Shown here one piece after another: positions 39,359 to 64,000 of a stretch of 64,000 nt of DNA. The translations under genes and the position numbers were made by a program. The notes under the pieces were generated by a model that worked only from the letters and a program-made list of their open reading frames with translations, was not told where the DNA came from and did no database searches. The stretch covers positions 1,674,001-1,738,000 of the forward strand of contig NW_025766669.1 of NCBI RefSeq assembly GCF_003918875.1. Reading direction: 5' to 3'. Origin of the DNA: Haliotis rubra. Lineage: Eukaryota. The stretch's first letter is position 1; each line of letters starts with the position of its first letter.

Positions 39359-39815
39359 AAGATTTCATGATTTCCACCTGCATCAAACAGCTGAATTATT
39401 GAGGTTTGGCCAAGATTTCATGATTTCTACCTTCATCAAACAGCTGAATTGAGGTTTGGTCAAGATTTCATGATTTCCACCTGCATCACACAGCTGAATT
39501 GAGGTTTGGCCAAGATTTCATGATTTCTACCTTCATCACACAGCTGGATTATTGAGGTTTGGCCAAGATTTCATGATTTCCACCTGCATCACACAGCTGA
39601 ATTGAGGTTTGGCCAAGATTTCATGATTTCTACCTTCATCACACAGCTGGATTATTGAGGTTTGGCCAAGATTTCATGATTTCCACCTGCATCACACAGC
39701 TGAATTGAGGTTTGGCCAAGATTTCATGATTTCTACCTTCATCAAACAGCTGGATTACTGAGGTTTGGCCAAGATTTCATGATATTCCAGCTTCAGACAA
39801 CTGGATTATCGAGGT
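39359..39815. repeat. Tandem repeat of alternating 50/53-bp units (~9 copies)
   Basis: aagatttcatgatttc(c/t)acct(g/t)catcacacagctg(a/g)att(att)gaggtttggcc. Confidence 0.95.
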
Positions 39816-39862
39816 TAATTAACAAACAAAGATAATGACAACTCACATAACATGAATGAACA

Positions 39863-39868
39863 TTTATT
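39863..39868 (-). terminator. Candidate MCM5 polyadenylation signal AATAAA
   Basis: tttatt on the plus strand, ~490 nt downstream of the MCM5 stop. Confidence 0.5.
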
Positions 39869-40355
39869 GTGTATTTACATATACAAAGCACTTGCCACAA
39901 ATACAGTGAATTCTCAACCATTGAAACAGTTCCACCAAGAGTAGACACATTATTCTGTACAAACATATCGGTAGTGAATCTTCCCGATTACAATATCTAC
40001 ATATCATTTACATTTGTTTTTTATACATTGAAGAATATCCCAAACACGGTAGTGTACAAGAGCATGGATTTAGCCAAGAATTCCATCAAATCCTTAGTAG
40101 GCAAAAATTAATGGAAAATTTGCTCAAATTGGTCAGTCAAATTCACGTCCAAAGAACAAAGCCATGACATTAACCAAGATCATAGAACATGACTTTGGAA
40201 AGTTGTAATTCCAACTGTGAATATAAACTGACTTAAGCAAAGTCATGGGGCTGTAATAGGTCTTCTGGAGTAGGTTGAGATAAATCCTGGGAATGACTCT
40301 TCTACATGGAAACGTCACCCTTTGTTGTCATCACCTCAACACAGCATCACTTGTA

Positions 40356-61923
<21,568 letters not shown>

Positions 61924-61984
61924 GATCGTATGTTCTGTCAACAAGCTGATCAGCCACTGCGCTTTGTTGTGTTCACGTGCTGAA

Positions 61985-62220
61985 TTTGGCGCGAGAATTT
62001 TCCCGCGAAAGCTAAAATTAGATTCCGGAAAAAGGCGAGTATTTAACATGTACAATTTTATAACATAATCAGATGTCGCGTATGCATTTCAATTACATAA
62101 AATGAAACTATTTTAGAAAAGAAGATAATATAGTGTAGGGCACATTTATTTGATATCATTGCTATTACTTGACGTGTAAGATTGTAAACGACCCAAACCG
62201 AATATTCATGAGGGGGCGGG
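61985..62220. promoter_or_regulatory. MCM5 promoter with E2F sites and GC box; probably bidirectional
   Basis: TTTGGCGCG at 61985-61993 and TTTCCCGCG(AAA) at 61999-62010, 60-90 bp upstream of the MCM5 ATG. GGGGCGGG at ~62213. A plus-strand donor CAG|GTAAGT at 62391/62392 suggests a divergent first exon. Confidence 0.75.
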
Positions 62221-62786
62221 ACGACAGATAAGGGACACCACTCCAAATACGATCGTTTTCAACTAATATTTGTTTGCTGCTTGTGCGATTTCGGGATCGA
62301 CGCTGAACAATTTAGATCTTGCACTTGATTTGTTTCTGTTCACTTCAATTGATTTTAAGAAAAATTTAGTGTTCTTGAAGAATTTCGTCAGGTAAGTTTA
62401 AAGCTGGTCGCTACGAAAGATTACTGACGCAACACTTAATTTCAACTCACGCACGTTGTCCTATTATAACGCTTTAAATGATTTCATTTGATAATGAGAT
62501 TTACAATTTGTTATCTGGGATTTCGACTTGGTATGGTTACTATGTGCATATCTCAGGGCTGCATTGAGATCCTTACACGTCATTGATTGAATGTAACGAA
62601 ATCTTGAGAATGATGACGATTCCACGACTGTTGAGCCTGAAAGTAACATAAAATAATTTCTTTCAATATTAGTTGAAAACGTTTTTACATTTCATGTCTA
62701 TATTTCTAAGTGATATACTTCACGAATGACAGTCAATTACTACAAATAGGGAAGGAGAAGTTGATAAGTAAGTCTATAAAGGAAGA

Positions 62787-62953
62787 CTGACTGACTGAGT
62801 TTAGTTTTACGCCGCTTTTAGCAATATTCCAGCAATATCACGGTGGGGGACACCAGAAATGGGCTTAACACATTGTGCCCATGTGGGGAATCGAACCCGG
62901 GTCTTCGGCGTGACGAGCGAACGCTTTAACCACTAGGCTACCCCACCGCCCCC
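62787..62953 (-). mobile_element. SINE family 1 upstream of the SAMD15-like exon
   Basis: Reverse-orientation copy flanked by the direct repeat CTATAAAGGAAGA. Confidence 0.9.
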
Positions 62954-63095
62954 TATAAAGGAAGAATAAATAATATAAATAAAATCGCAATAAAAGCAAA
63001 ACATAATGGAATAAATAATTAATTTTAAAAAACCCAAAACCAAACAAACACGAAATACGTCGGCTAAGCATAAGATTAGAATTCTATTACAAATG

Positions 63096-63121
63096 TGACG
63101 TCATTGTGTTTGATGACGTCA
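63096..63121 (+). promoter_or_regulatory. Two perfect CRE palindromes (TGACGTCA)
   Basis: TGACGTCA at 63096-63103 and 63114-63121, 36-60 bp upstream of the SAMD15-like ATG. Confidence 0.55.
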
Positions 63122-63156
63122 CAATCAGCTACATTTCGTGCGTGCAAGTGGGCGAG

Positions 63157-63910
63157 ATGTACAGGTCGTACAACAATTACAAAGTTATAGAGTCTGACAG
63201 GAAGGCAAACGTTGCTCCGTGTTTGTACTGGGACGTGGATACAGTGGCTGACTGGGTGGGAGAGATAGGCTTCCCTCTGTACAAGGTAAACACATGCGCA
63301 TCTATACATTATACACCTTATACCTAACGTCCAAATAAATACTCTTGTTATTGTACAAGACTTAATAGCTCATCTTCTTTCCTGTCGTAAAATTGTGAGC
63401 TTCCATGTCGTTGTGTAGATATTTTAGCTGTCTACAGAGTGAGTGGGTATTGCTTTACGCCGCTTTTAGCAATATTCCAGCAATATCACGCCGGGGGACA
63501 CCAGAAATGGGCTTTACACATTGTGCCCATGTGGGGAATCAAACCCGGGTCTTCGGCGTGACCACTAGGCTCCCCCACCGCCCCCTGGATACAAAACAGG
63601 CGTAGTATTGTTTCTTTATCTTCTTAATACCGACCGTCTGAATTCCAGTTAGGAATTAATTCTAACCAACCGTAAAAGTCAGCTCAGCGAACTGGTAAAA
63701 GCTTATAGCTATGTAATTCTCAGTCAGTGATAATGTTTTTATTTTAACAACTACCTCGGTCCGTTAGTGCGTGTATTATGTAACTTTATGTTCGTTTTCA
63801 ACATATTTCAGGAATGTTTCCGCCGCAATTTCATCAACGGCCGTAAGCTGATCTGTGTCCACGCCTCCTCGCTGCCTAGAATGGGAGTACTGAAGTTTGA
63901 TGACATCTTG
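63157..63910 (+). CDS. SAMD15: SAM-domain protein, SAMD15-like (partial, continues beyond window)
   Basis: Exons 63157-63285 (..CLYWDVDTVADWVGEIGFPLYK|GT) and 63812-63910 (ECFRRNFINGRKLICVHASSLPRMGVLKFDDIL|GT) give the W..W..GFP.YKECF..NFI.GRKLI signature of SAMD15-type SAM domains. Confidence 0.82.
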
Positions 63911-64000
63911 GTCAGTGTTTTATGGAATATTGCTAATGTCTACACACAATGTCATCAACGTAGAAGAAAACTACATCCACGTAAAAATACTTTCAGACCC

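Overview
Intron-rich animal genomic DNA with four N-gaps. The SINE complement suggests a mollusc, probably an abalone-like gastropod (inference). (1) Two paralogues of an uncharacterised single-pass membrane protein lie head-to-head: gene A (minus strand, 4276 to <1, runs off the window) and gene B (plus strand, ~31867-36974, >=813 aa). Both were reconstructed by hand with matching intron phases. The large predicted cytosolic domain aligns by eye, strand by strand, with the archaeal/bacterial MfnB (4-HFC-P synthase, DUF556) class I aldolase TIM barrel. Both paralogues also carry acidic-dileucine motifs and upstream GTCACGTG (CLEAR-like) boxes. This is the best candidate for an undescribed system. 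(2) A 16-exon MCM5 gene (minus, 61923-40356) has E2F sites, an intronic full-length DIRS retroelement, a minisatellite made of ~40 copies of its own splice donor, and four small frameshifts that look like assembly errors. (3) A divergent SAMD15-like gene starts at the right edge. (4) The spacer holds two diverged inverted duplications, a Tc1 element, hAT/Tc1 MITEs, Helentron-like elements, LINE remnants and many tRNA-derived SINEs.
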